Shown: positions 1 to 9,389 of the stretch, in pieces
How the letters are laid out: every line of letters starts with the position of its first letter
How positions within the stretch are numbered: the first letter of the stretch is position 1
NCBI RefSeq assembly: GCF_009665255.1
Contig: NZ_CP035686.1
Span: forward strand, 994,973 to 1,026,972
Source: Vibrio metoecus
Lineage (GTDB): Bacteria; Pseudomonadota; Gammaproteobacteria; Enterobacterales; Vibrionaceae
Length of the DNA stretch: 32,000 nt
Direction: 5' to 3'
The notes under the pieces: generated by a model
What the model was told of the DNA's origin: nothing
Databases searched by the model: none
What the model saw: only the letters and a program-made list of their open reading frames with translations
Made by a program: the position numbers and the translations under genes

Positions 1-182
1 CTTACCGCTTATAGAAAAATGAGGGAGAAACCGAAATGCATAAATAGAAATAAAAATTCATTGTGAGCAAGATTAAGGCTAGCGATCGTGATTGAATTTG
101 GTTAGTCTGCGGATACGAAGAATTTTCGTCGCGACCCCATAATCACAAGGACTTTCAGCGGCGCAAGGAAACACAACACTCA

Positions 183-1463
183 ATGGAAAGCTTAACTCTA
201 CAACCGATAAATCTCATCTCAGGGGAAGTGAATCTTCCCGGTTCTAAAAGTGTTTCAAACCGCGCATTACTATTAGCGGCTTTGGCTTCGGGAAAGACTC
301 GTCTGACTAACTTGCTTGATAGCGATGACATTCGCCATATGCTCAACGCATTAACAAAGCTTGGCGTGAACTATCAACTCTCGGCAGACAAAACCACCTG
401 TGAAGTAGAAGGCCTTGGCCAAGCGTTTCAAACCACTCAACCACTAGAGCTGTTTTTAGGTAATGCTGGCACGGCTATGCGCCCTTTGGCTGCCGCTCTA
501 TGCCTTGGTCAAGGCGACTATGTGTTGACGGGTGAGCCACGCATGAAAGAGCGCCCAATTGGCCATCTCGTGGATGCGCTGCGTCAAGCTGGAGCGCAAA
601 TTGAGTATCTGGAGCAGGAAAATTTCCCGCCGCTACGTATTCAAGGCACTGGGCTGCAAGCCGGCACCGTGACTATCGATGGTTCTATCTCTAGCCAGTT
701 TTTGACGGCCTTTTTAATGTCAGCCCCACTGGCTCAAGGGAAAGTGACCATCAAAATCGTGGGTGAATTGGTTTCCAAACCGTACATCGATATTACGCTG
801 CACATCATGGAACAATTTGGCGTACAGGTGATCAACCACGATTACCAAGAGTTTGTGATCCCTGCAGGCCAATCTTATGTTTCACCTGGAAATTTTTTAG
901 TCGAAGGTGATGCGTCATCTGCTTCGTATTTCCTTGCTGCTGCTGCCATTAAAGGCGGTGAAGTGAAAGTGACGGGCATTGGTAAAAACAGCATCCAAGG
1001 TGATATTCAGTTTGCGGATGCTTTAGAGAAAATGGGTGCACAGATTGAGTGGGGTGATGATTACGTCATTGCTCGCCGCGGCGAACTGAATGCAGTGGAT
1101 CTCGATTATAACCATATTCCAGATGCGGCGATGACGATTGCCACAACAGCGCTGTTTGCCAAAGGTACAACGGCCATTCGTAATGTTTACAACTGGCGCG
1201 TGAAAGAGACCGACCGATTGGCGGCGATGGCTACTGAATTGCGTAAAGTGGGTGCTACGGTAGAGGAAGGAGAGGACTTCATTGTGATCACTCCGCCAGC
1301 CAAGCTCATCCATGCAGCGATCGATACCTATGATGACCATCGCATGGCCATGTGTTTTTCTCTGGTCGCGTTGAGTGATACACAGGTGACGATCAATGAC
1401 CCGAAATGCACTTCAAAAACCTTCCCAGATTATTTTGAGAAGTTTGCACAGTTAAGCCAGTAG
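183..1463 (+). CDS. aroA: 3-phosphoshikimate 1-carboxyvinyltransferase (EPSP synthase)
   Basis: The 426-aa ORF carries EPSP synthase hallmarks: [17 protein letters not shown] near the N-terminus, [11 protein letters not shown], and DHRMAM near the C-terminus. Length is typical of gammaproteobacterial AroA. Confidence 0.96.
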   Translation: MESLTLQPINLISGEVNLPGSKSVSNRALLLAALASGKTRLTNLLDSDDIRHMLNALTKLGVNYQLSADKTTCEVEGLGQAFQTTQPLELFLGNAGTAMRPLAAALCLGQGDYVLTGEPRMKERPIGHLVDALRQAGAQIEYLEQENFPPLRIQGTGLQAGTVTIDGSISSQFLTAFLMSAPLAQGKVTIKIVGELVSKPYIDITLHIMEQFGVQVINHDYQEFVIPAGQSYVSPGNFLVEGDASSASYFLAAAAIKGGEVKVTGIGKNSIQGDIQFADALEKMGAQIEWGDDYVIARRGELNAVDLDYNHIPDAAMTIATTALFAKGTTAIRNVYNWRVKETDRLAAMATELRKVGATVEEGEDFIVITPPAKLIHAAIDTYDDHRMAMCFSLVALSDTQVTINDPKCTSKTFPDYFEKFAQLSQ

Positions 1464-1473
1464 CGCCTAACCA

Positions 1474-1501
1474 AAAAGTAGCCATAAACGGCCACTTTTT
1501 T
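1474..1501 (+). terminator. Putative intrinsic terminator of aroA
   Basis: aaaagtagcc (1474-1483) pairs with ggccactttt (1490-1499) with one mismatch and a 6-nt loop. The T-run extends to 1501, 11 nt after the aroA stop. Confidence 0.55.
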
Positions 1502-1529
1502 AGAAACATGGGTTGTAACTTTATGAAAT

Positions 1530-1552
1530 AAAAGCCTCATTACGAGGCTTTT
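1530..1552. terminator. Bidirectional hairpin terminator (yciN, and a backstop for aroA)
   Basis: aaaagcctc (1530-1538) pairs with gaggctttt (1544-1552) around a 5-nt loop. U-rich tracts follow the hairpin on both strands. It starts right after the yciN stop codon at 1554-1556. Confidence 0.7.
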
Positions 1553-1553
1553 A

Positions 1554-1811
1554 TTATTTTTGAACGGTAAATTCAGGTGAGAGCTGATGAGCGAGGTATT
1601 TGAACATATTGAATACAGCCGTAGTTTTCTCCGTCGGCAGACCTTGTTCAGTGAGAAAATATTCACCTTTGAAAACCAACACACCCTCTTTCTCTTCCAC
1701 ATGAGTAGCACGCATGCCGTCGAGGTAGCTCTCATGGTCTTGAATTATCTGGTTTGCGATCAGTAACAGGTCGAATTCGCTGATAGGTGTTTTATGGTTC
1801 ATAGGTATCAC
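1554..1811 (-). CDS. yciN: YciN-like small protein (DUF2498)
   Basis: The 85-aa ORF contains [33 protein letters not shown], which closely resembles E. coli YciN as I recall it. E. coli yciN is likewise divergent from and adjacent to topA. Confidence 0.85.
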   Translation of the reverse strand: MIPMNHKTPISEFDLLLIANQIIQDHESYLDGMRATHVEEKEGVLVFKGEYFLTEQGLPTEKTTAVFNMFKYLAHQLSPEFTVQK

Positions 1812-2138
1812 TCCTTACTTTCTGAAACGGACAGTATAAGGGTGTAACAGGTTATAGCCTTGACAGAACGCAGAAAAAAGACGATTTATTCTGTTAATGA
1901 ATTTGTGAGTTATTGCATATTTCGTTGTTTTGGGGTCGCGGTGTGGCGCGCTTCACTTTAGTATGAGCGCGTTTTTGACAGCAGAACAACATTTCGTCGA
2001 TTTGTCGAGCAAATAAAAAGCTTTTATAAAAAACAAGTTGATCTTCTTGTTATCTGGCTCGATAGTAAAAAAAGAATTACATTTTAGAACGTCATGCGAT
2101 TTAGAAATCGCCAAATGATGAAGGACACTTGAGTCAAT

Positions 2139-4769
2139 ATGGGTAAATCACTCGTTATCGTCGAGTCGCCAGCCAAGGCCAAAACTATCAATAAGTACCT
2201 TGGTAAAGACTTTATCGTGAAATCCAGTGTGGGACACGTGCGTGATCTGCCTACGGCAGGGCAAACCACCACACCGACTGGTAAAGCGGCCGCTGCGTCG
2301 ACTAAAAAGCTATCTATCGCTGATAAAGAGCAGCAAAAGCGTGAAAAAGAACGCTCAGCACTGATCAAAAAGATGGGTGTCGATCCATATCATGGTTGGG
2401 AAGCGAATTACCAAATTCTGCCCGGCAAAGAAAAAGTGGTAGCGGAGCTGCAAAAGCTTGCAAAAGACGCTGACAGCGTTTATCTCGCAACCGACTTGGA
2501 CCGCGAGGGAGAAGCCATCGCTTGGCACCTTCGTGAGATCATCGGTGGCGATGAGAAGCGATACAAACGAGTAGTTTTTAACGAGATCACCAAAAACGCG
2601 ATTCAGCAGGCTTTCCAACAACCTGGTGAGCTGAATATGGATGGCGTTAACGCTCAGCAAGCACGGCGTTTCATGGATCGCGTGGTGGGCTTCATGGTTT
2701 CACCACTGCTATGGAAAAAAGTGGCACGTGGCCTCTCTGCAGGTCGCGTACAGTCTGTTGCTGTGAAACTTTTGGTTGAGCGTGAGCGCGAAATCAAAGC
2801 ATTTGTTCCTGAAGAATTTTGGGACATCAACGCGGATACATTGACCGCAGACAAGCAAGATTTCCGTCTGCTGGTGGCACAAAAAGATGGCCTAGCGTTC
2901 AAGCCAGTGAACGAAACTGAAGCTTTGGCAGCGGTTGCTGCGCTCAATAAAGCGCAGTACGAAGTGTGCAAACGCGAAGACAAGCCAACGAGCAGCAAAC
3001 CAAGTGCACCATTTATTACTTCTACCTTGCAGCAAGCGGCAAGTACACGCTTAGGCTACGGGGTGAAAAAGACCATGATGCTCGCTCAGCGTCTTTATGA
3101 AGCGGGTTACATCACCTACATGCGTACTGACTCAACTAACTTGAGTGCAGAAGCAGTAGACAATCTACGTGGCTATATTACTAAGCATTACGGCGAAGCC
3201 TATTTGCCGAGTCAGCCGAACGTGTATGGCAGCAAGCAAAATGCGCAAGAGGCGCACGAAGCGATTCGTCCTTCGGATGTCACTGTCACTGCTGACGATC
3301 TGGAAGGGATGGAAGCGGATGCACACAAGCTCTATGCGCTGATTTGGAATCAATTTGTCGCGTGTCAAATGACACCTGCGCAATACGATTCAACCACCGT
3401 CAGTGTCAAAGCGGCTGAGTTTACTCTGAAAGCGAAAGGTCGAATTCTCAAGTTTGATGGTTGGACTCGCGTACAGCGTCCGCTGGGTAAAAATGAAGAT
3501 CAGATCTTGCCACCAGTGAAAGTCGGCGACAGCCTAAAGTTAGTCAGTCTAGATCCGAAACAACACTTTACTAAGCCGCCAGCACGCTTTACAGAAGCTG
3601 CGTTGGTTAAAGAGCTTGAGAAGCGCGGGATTGGTCGTCCATCAACCTACGCTTCGATCATCTCAACGATTCAAGATCGTGGCTATGTGAAAGTTGACCA
3701 GCGTCGATTCTTCGCAGAAAAGATGGGTGAAATCGTGACCGATCGTCTGGATGAAAATTTTGACGATTTGATGAACTACGACTTTACAGCACGTATGGAA
3801 CAAAAACTCGACCAAATCGCGGAAGGTGAAGTGAATTGGACGGCAGTGCTGGATGAGTTCTTCGCTGATTTCAGTCGTGATCTAGAAACCGCAGAACAAG
3901 ATGAAAGTGTCGGCGGCATGAAGCCTAACCACATTGTAATGACGAACATCTTGTGCCCAACCTGTTCGCGCCCAATGGGTATCCGTACCGCGTCGACAGG
4001 CGTGTTTTTAGGCTGCTCTGGTTATGCATTGCCACCAAAAGAGCGTTGTAAAACCACTATCAATCTGGGTGATGAAGAGGGCGTTATCAACGTCTTAGAA
4101 GAAGATGTTGAAACCGCCGCTCTACGTGCCAAGAAACGTTGTTCTATCTGTGAAACGGCGATGGATGCGTATCTAATCGACGATAAACGTAAACTGCATG
4201 TTTGTGGTAACAACCCGAACTGTGAAGGTTTTATCGTTGAAGAAGGCGAGTTCAAAGTCAAAGGCTACGAAGGTCCAACGGTCGAATGTGACAAGTGTGG
4301 CTCAGACATGGTGCTGAAAAATGGTCGCTTTGGTAAATACATGGGCTGCACCAATGACACTTGTAAAAACACGCGTAAGATCCTGAAAAATGGTGAAGTT
4401 GCGCCACCGAAAGAAGAGCCTGTGCATTTCCCTGAACTTCCATGTGAAAACTCGGATGCGTATTTTGTGTTACGTGATGGTGCGTCTGGTTTGTTCTTGG
4501 CTGCTAGCAATTTCCCTAAATCTCGTGAAACTCGCGCGCCTTTAGTGGAAGAATTGAAGCGTTTCGCAGAACGGTTACCAGAAAAATACCAATATCTAAC
4601 GTCGGCTCCGCCGCAGGATCCTGACGGTTTACCGGCTGTAGTGCGTTTCTCTCGTAAAGAGAAAGAACATTACGTTCGTACCGAAACGGATGGTAAACCA
4701 TCAGGTTGGATGGCGATCTACCAAGACGGCAAATGGCTGGTGACGGATAAGCGTAAAAACGCGAAATAG
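2139..4769 (+). CDS. topA: DNA topoisomerase I
   Basis: The 876-aa ORF starts with the TOPRIM sequence [17 protein letters not shown] and has the active-site Tyr region [10 protein letters not shown]. The C-terminus carries several Cys4 zinc-ribbon repeats (for example [38 protein letters not shown]). Confidence 0.97.
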   Translation: MGKSLVIVESPAKAKTINKYLGKDFIVKSSVGHVRDLPTAGQTTTPTGKAAAASTKKLSIADKEQQKREKERSALIKKMGVDPYHGWEANYQILPGKEKVVAELQKLAKDADSVYLATDLDREGEAIAWHLREIIGGDEKRYKRVVFNEITKNAIQQAFQQPGELNMDGVNAQQARRFMDRVVGFMVSPLLWKKVARGLSAGRVQSVAVKLLVEREREIKAFVPEEFWDINADTLTADKQDFRLLVAQKDGLAFKPVNETEALAAVAALNKAQYEVCKREDKPTSSKPSAPFITSTLQQAASTRLGYGVKKTMMLAQRLYEAGYITYMRTDSTNLSAEAVDNLRGYITKHYGEAYLPSQPNVYGSKQNAQEAHEAIRPSDVTVTADDLEGMEADAHKLYALIWNQFVACQMTPAQYDSTTVSVKAAEFTLKAKGRILKFDGWTRVQRPLGKNEDQILPPVKVGDSLKLVSLDPKQHFTKPPARFTEAALVKELEKRGIGRPSTYASIISTIQDRGYVKVDQRRFFAEKMGEIVTDRLDENFDDLMNYDFTARMEQKLDQIAEGEVNWTAVLDEFFADFSRDLETAEQDESVGGMKPNHIVMTNILCPTCSRPMGIRTASTGVFLGCSGYALPPKERCKTTINLGDEEGVINVLEEDVETAALRAKKRCSICETAMDAYLIDDKRKLHVCGNNPNCEGFIVEEGEFKVKGYEGPTVECDKCGSDMVLKNGRFGKYMGCTNDTCKNTRKILKNGEVAPPKEEPVHFPELPCENSDAYFVLRDGASGLFLAASNFPKSRETRAPLVEELKRFAERLPEKYQYLTSAPPQDPDGLPAVVRFSRKEKEHYVRTETDGKPSGWMAIYQDGKWLVTDKRKNAK

Positions 4770-4795
4770 TGTCACGCCGTCATTTCCACGCTACA

Positions 4796-4830
4796 ACAAG
4801 GCAGCCTCGTGCTGCCTTGTCTTATTTCTG
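4796..4830 (+). terminator. Intrinsic terminator of topA
   Basis: A perfect 10-bp stem, acaaggcagc (4796-4805) with gctgccttgt (4811-4820), closes a 5-nt loop and is followed by cttatttctg. Confidence 0.8.
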
Positions 4831-5433
4831 TATTACCCTTTGCGAAGCGATTCTGAGAAATTTCACACGCTATTGATGTCTTTCACCATCAATTTACCAG
4901 AGTGTGACTCAAGAGAGAGTCTTCACTTCTCTTCCTCCTTACTATGAGATTAACCACTCAATCTGAGCTTCCTTAGCCGGATCCGGAGTTACCTCCTCGC
5001 AAATCTTTGCACTCCGATCCAAACGCTCTTTCTCAGTCCGATTTTTATCCTCTACTCATTCTTTTCAGTGTATTGGGCGAAGTATTTCGCTAGGCCATTT
5101 CTATCAATCAGGAGGTGAACCCACTTCAGTAATTCAATATTGCGTTATTTTTTACTGTTAGGTTTATGTAATTGAACCACCAACAGAGTGTGAGTTGGAA
5201 TAAGTCTTTTCCATCATTCACCTTTTGACCACGGAGATTTCAAGAAATTGATTGGTATTCTGCTGCGGATTCGATAACGTATAGCCAACCGATTGCATTG
5301 TTTATTCAGCACATTTGTGCTGGCTGTCGTACTAATTTGCCATCGGTAAGCATGGAGCACCGCACCATATAGCCCCCAAAGCAAAACCTATTTCGTGGTT
5401 CGGTAAATATTATAAAAGAATGGAGAACAACAC

Positions 5434-6651
5434 ATGGCTGGAGTATTAGGCATGATTTTGGCGGGTGGCGAGGGGTCACGGTTGAAACCGTTGACTGAAA
5501 CCCGTACCAAACCGGCAGTTCCTTTTGGCGGAAGCTACCGCTTAATCGACTTTGCACTCAATAACTTTGTTAACGCCGATTTGATGCGTATCTACGTATT
5601 GACGCAATTCAAATCACAGTCTTTGTATCTACACATGAAAAAGGGCTGGAATCTCTCGGGGATCACGGATCGTTTTATCGACATTATTCCTGCGCAAATG
5701 CGTGATGGAAAACGTTGGTATGAAGGCACTGCCGATGCGATATATCAAAACTTACGCTTTGTGGAAATTGTTGCCCCAGATCAAGTCTGCATTTTTGGCT
5801 CAGATCATATCTATAAGATGGATATCCGCCAAATGCTCGATTTCCATCGCCGCATGGAAGCAGAATTGACCGTTTCTGCACTGCGTATGCCGATCAGTCA
5901 AGCTTCACAGTTTGGCGTCATCGAGGTCGATGAACACGGCAAAATGGTGGGATTTGAAGAGAAACCGAGTTGTCCGAAGTCGATCCCCGGTGAACCTGAG
6001 TGGGCGCTAGTCTCGATGGGTAACTACATTTTTGAAGCAGAAACGCTCAGCAAAGAGTTGCGTGAAGATGCTGAGAATAGCCAATCTAGCCATGACTTTG
6101 GCAAGGACATTATTCCGAAGATGTTCCCACGCGGTAAAGTGTACGTGTATGACTTCACGACCAACAAAATCAAAGGCGAGAAAGAATCTACCTACTGGCG
6201 TGATGTGGGTACCATTGAGTCCTACTGGTCTGCTCATATGGATCTGCTCGATAAAGAACCGCCATTTTCTTTGTATAACCGTAGCTGGCCGCTACACACC
6301 TATTACCCGCCTTTGCCACCCGCAACGTTTGTTGATGTGAAGGATAAAAAAGTCAAAGTGACAGACAGTTTGATCTCTGGGGGAAGTTATATTCAAGGAT
6401 CAACCATTTATAAATCGGTGTTGGGCTTCCGTAGTAACATTGCTGCTGGCTCTTTGATCAGTGAATCTGTTATCTTGGGTGACGTAAAAATTGGAGCTGG
6501 CTGCACGATTAAGCGCGCCATTATCGATAAAGATGTTGAGATTGCCGCAGGTACTATCATTGGTGAAGATCTGGAAATGGACAGAAAACGTTTCCACGTT
6601 TCCGATGAAGGTATTGTGGTAATTGCAAAAGGTTCAAAGGTAGGATTCTAG
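5434..6651 (+). CDS. glgC: Glucose-1-phosphate adenylyltransferase
   Basis: The 405-aa ORF has the N-terminal motif ILAGGEGSRLKPLTETRTKPAVPFGG and a C-terminal left-handed beta-helix region. A GGAG Shine-Dalgarno lies at 5422-5425, 8 nt before the ATG. Confidence 0.95.
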   Translation: MAGVLGMILAGGEGSRLKPLTETRTKPAVPFGGSYRLIDFALNNFVNADLMRIYVLTQFKSQSLYLHMKKGWNLSGITDRFIDIIPAQMRDGKRWYEGTADAIYQNLRFVEIVAPDQVCIFGSDHIYKMDIRQMLDFHRRMEAELTVSALRMPISQASQFGVIEVDEHGKMVGFEEKPSCPKSIPGEPEWALVSMGNYIFEAETLSKELREDAENSQSSHDFGKDIIPKMFPRGKVYVYDFTTNKIKGEKESTYWRDVGTIESYWSAHMDLLDKEPPFSLYNRSWPLHTYYPPLPPATFVDVKDKKVKVTDSLISGGSYIQGSTIYKSVLGFRSNIAAGSLISESVILGDVKIGAGCTIKRAIIDKDVEIAAGTIIGEDLEMDRKRFHVSDEGIVVIAKGSKVGF

Positions 6652-6652
6652 A

Positions 6653-8107
6653 ATGGAACAACTCAACGTTTGGTTTACCGTGTCGGAAGTGCAGGGGCTG
6701 GTAAAAAGTGGTGGCTTAGCTGATGTGGCAAAAGCCCTACCACAGGCGTTGAAAGCGTTGCATCAGCAGGTAGCGATTGCGCTGCCTGCTTATCGTTCAG
6801 TTCCGGGTAGAGAAGAGGCGGAGTTAGTCCTAGAAACGGAACTTACTCACTGGCCGCACACTCATTATCGAGTGCTTAAACGCGAGTTAGAAGGGATCCC
6901 GGTCTATTTAATAGACTGCCCAGCCTATTTTGATCGCCCGGCTCTGTATGCCGAGAATAACCAAGCGTATACCGATAATGGTGAACGATTTGGTTTTTTC
7001 TCCGCAGCGTGTTTGGACGTACTCCCTAAATTGGGGATTCAACCGGATATTATTCACGCCAATGACTGGCACACCGGCTTAGTTCCTTTTCTACTGAAAA
7101 CGCGTTACCGCTATGACAGTTTTTTTGAACAAGTCAAAAGCGTGCTCACGGTGCATAACGCCATTTTCAAAGGGATTTTTTCTTACCACCAATTGGAAGT
7201 CATTCCAGAGCTTAATTTATCGGGTATGGAATTTCTGCAATATGGTCATGACCATGTCAGTATGTTGCGAGCCGGGATTGCCTTTGCCGATAAAATTAAC
7301 GCAGTAAGTCCTAATTATGCTTCAGAGCTTTTAACGCCGCTCGGCGCGCATGGTTTAGTCGATGATTTTGTTCGTCGCGCTCGGGATTTGCACGGTATTG
7401 TGAATGGCTGTGATTACAGTGAGTGGAACCCACAAACGGATCACTATTTGCCAACCACTTACAGTGATGAACCACAATCGATGCGCAAGGGCAAGGCGTT
7501 GTGCAAAACCGCGTTGCAAGAAGAGTTACATTTGCCTGTTGCCAATGTTCCTATGTTTGGCATGGTTTGTCGTTTAACACACCAAAAAGGCTTTCATTAC
7601 CTGTTACCTATTTTGGAGCAGTTCTTACGTAATGATGTCCAGGTGGTGATTGTCGGGACTGGTGAGCCAGAGGTCGCAGCGCGACTGAATAAAATTGCTC
7701 ACTCTCATCGCAATAAGTTTGCTTTTGTCGAGACCTACAGTGAGCGTTTAGCCCACTGGGTTGAAGCTGGATCCGACTTCTTCTTAATGCCTTCCGAGTT
7801 TGAGGCATGTGGGTTGAACCAGATCTACAGCATGGCTTATGGCACCTTACCTATCGTAAGAGAAGTCGGCGGGTTGAAAGACACGGTGAACGATTACGAT
7901 AAGTTTCCTGAGCGTGCGACGGGTTTTGGTTATCAAGAACCCACACCTGAAGCGTTGCTGATCACCATGCAGCGTGCCTTGCTGTTTTATCTCCAACAAC
8001 CTGATGAGATGCTCAAAGTACAGCAACGTGCGATGCAGCAAAACTTCAGCTGGGAGGAGTCGGCACAGGAATACATGAAAATGTATCGTTTGGCGCGATT
8101 TGGTTAG
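6653..8107 (+). CDS. glgA: Glycogen synthase (ADP-glucose type)
   Basis: The 484-aa ORF has the VKSGGLADV motif at its N-terminus and GT-B glycosyltransferase features (MPSEFEACGLNQ). Its ATG lies 1 nt after the glgC stop, which suggests translational coupling. Confidence 0.95.
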   Translation: MEQLNVWFTVSEVQGLVKSGGLADVAKALPQALKALHQQVAIALPAYRSVPGREEAELVLETELTHWPHTHYRVLKRELEGIPVYLIDCPAYFDRPALYAENNQAYTDNGERFGFFSAACLDVLPKLGIQPDIIHANDWHTGLVPFLLKTRYRYDSFFEQVKSVLTVHNAIFKGIFSYHQLEVIPELNLSGMEFLQYGHDHVSMLRAGIAFADKINAVSPNYASELLTPLGAHGLVDDFVRRARDLHGIVNGCDYSEWNPQTDHYLPTTYSDEPQSMRKGKALCKTALQEELHLPVANVPMFGMVCRLTHQKGFHYLLPILEQFLRNDVQVVIVGTGEPEVAARLNKIAHSHRNKFAFVETYSERLAHWVEAGSDFFLMPSEFEACGLNQIYSMAYGTLPIVREVGGLKDTVNDYDKFPERATGFGYQEPTPEALLITMQRALLFYLQQPDEMLKVQQRAMQQNFSWEESAQEYMKMYRLARFG

Positions 8108-8126
8108 AGGTAAATTTTAAAGCTAA

Positions 8127-8152
8127 GGCACCTTTAGGTGCCATTATTTTCT
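8127..8152 (+). terminator. Intrinsic terminator of glgCA
   Basis: ggcacc (8127-8132) pairs with ggtgcc (8137-8142) around the loop ttta and is followed by attattttct. Confidence 0.7.
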
Positions 8153-8231
8153 GCTCTGCTCAACAGTTTCTTACAACTGAAGTGATTTTCCACACACGGT
8201 TTATGGTAGTCTTGGCCTGCGTAATAACGAG

Positions 8232-9044
8232 GTGCCAATGTCTGCCATTGCTGAAAAAGTTCTGTTTCATAAAACCTACCTTCATCCTACCAGTCGCGAG
8301 TGGGTGGTTTTCGTACATGGCGCAGGAGGCAGCTCTTCAATTTGGTTTAAGCAGATCAAAGCCTATCGTCAGCATTTTAACTTGCTACTCATCGATTTGC
8401 GTGGTCATGGTAAATCAAACCAATTGCTCAGAGATTGGATAGCCAATCGCTATACTTTCAAAACGGTCACCCTTGATGTGCTGAGAGTATTGGATCATCT
8501 GAAAATCCAGTCAGCCCATTTTGTGGGAATGTCCCTCGGTACGATCATCGTCCGTAACCTTGCCGAGCTTGCGACACACCGTGTTAGTTCCATGGTGCTT
8601 GGTGGTGCGGTAACGCGGCTTAATGCGCGCTCACAACTGTTGGTTAGGCTAGGGCATTTGAGCAAACACCTCATCCCGTATATGTGGCTGTATCGGCTAT
8701 TTGCTTACATAGTGATGCCGCAGCGCAGCCAAAAAGAGTCACGACATCTCTTTATCCGTGAAGCGCAAAAGCTGTGTCAAAAAGAGTTTAAGCGCTGGTT
8801 TACCTTAACGGCTGAAGTTAATCCCATGATGCGCTACTTCCGTGACCGTGAATTACCGATCCCCACTTTATATTTGATGGGTGAGAAGGATTACATGTTT
8901 ATCCATCCGGTGAAGGAGATGGTTGCACTGCATGCGCAGAGTGAACTGTATGAAATTCCAAATTGTGGGCATGTATGTAATGTCGAGCAGCCTGAGCTGT
9001 TTAATCAGCGTTCTATCGAGTTTATCCAGCGCCAAATCCGTTAA
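8232..9044 (+). CDS. Alpha/beta-fold hydrolase, unknown substrate
   Basis: The 270-aa ORF has the oxyanion region VFVHGAGGSS, the nucleophile elbow GMSLG (GxSxG) and a C-terminal catalytic His context (NCGHVCN). The track start at 8232 is a GTG. The ATG at 8238, just after the gaggtg SD, is the more likely start. Confidence 0.8.
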   Translation: MPMSAIAEKVLFHKTYLHPTSREWVVFVHGAGGSSSIWFKQIKAYRQHFNLLLIDLRGHGKSNQLLRDWIANRYTFKTVTLDVLRVLDHLKIQSAHFVGMSLGTIIVRNLAELATHRVSSMVLGGAVTRLNARSQLLVRLGHLSKHLIPYMWLYRLFAYIVMPQRSQKESRHLFIREAQKLCQKEFKRWFTLTAEVNPMMRYFRDRELPIPTLYLMGEKDYMFIHPVKEMVALHAQSELYEIPNCGHVCNVEQPELFNQRSIEFIQRQIR

Positions 9045-9049
9045 CACTT

Positions 9050-9364
9050 TTATTCATTACATTGGGTAAATCCACACTGCCAACAAACGCTAAACTGCCC
9101 TTCATGGCTTTCGCCGCATTGTGGGCATAACCAGCGAGATTGTTTCGGCGGATTAAGATACTCAGCGATGATTTGCTCGGCGGCGGTTTTCTGCTGAGGT
9201 TTCTTTAACCAAAGTGATGGTGCGCTGCTGGAATCCATCGGGAGCTCGCCACGCAGCGCAAACAGCATCTCTCCACGCAATTCACACGGGATCCCTTGTT
9301 GATGCAACAACTGCATCAAGATATGAGCCTCTAATGGATGATTTGCAGTATAAATTTTCATCAT
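9050..9364 (-). CDS. DUF2007-like small protein with C-terminal Cys4 zinc ribbon
   Basis: The 104-aa ORF has an N-terminal segment IYTANHPLEAHILMQLLHQQGIPCELRGE typical of the DUF2007 'putative signal transducing' fold. The C-terminus reads CPQCG...CWQCG. Its start lies 25 nt downstream of the upstream membrane-protein gene, so the two probably form an operon. Confidence 0.65.
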   Translation of the reverse strand: MMKIYTANHPLEAHILMQLLHQQGIPCELRGEMLFALRGELPMDSSSAPSLWLKKPQQKTAAEQIIAEYLNPPKQSRWLCPQCGESHEGQFSVCWQCGFTQCNE

Positions 9365-9389
9365 GGTTGATGGGGGTTCTAGCCCAAGC

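Noticed and set aside
4909-4940. A minus-strand mini-ORF with an excellent SD: AAGGAGG, a 7-nt spacer, then GTG AAG ACT CTC TCT TGA (5 aa).
   Set aside because: It is too short to evaluate, and there is no downstream minus-strand gene for a leader peptide to regulate. The AAGGAGG is better explained as part of the GGA-rich tract.
4898-5193. The 10-mer cagagtgtga occurs twice in the topA-glgC spacer, at about 4898 and about 5184.
   Set aside because: A single 10-nt repeat in a 600-bp region is not far from chance expectation. There is no extended similarity around it and no terminal-inverted-repeat or target-duplication pattern of a mobile element.
5306-5557. An 83-aa minus-strand ORF overlapping the glgC start, and the 155..346 ORF overlapping the aroA start.
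   Set aside because: Both lie antisense to well-supported conserved genes and have no SD and no recognisable protein features.
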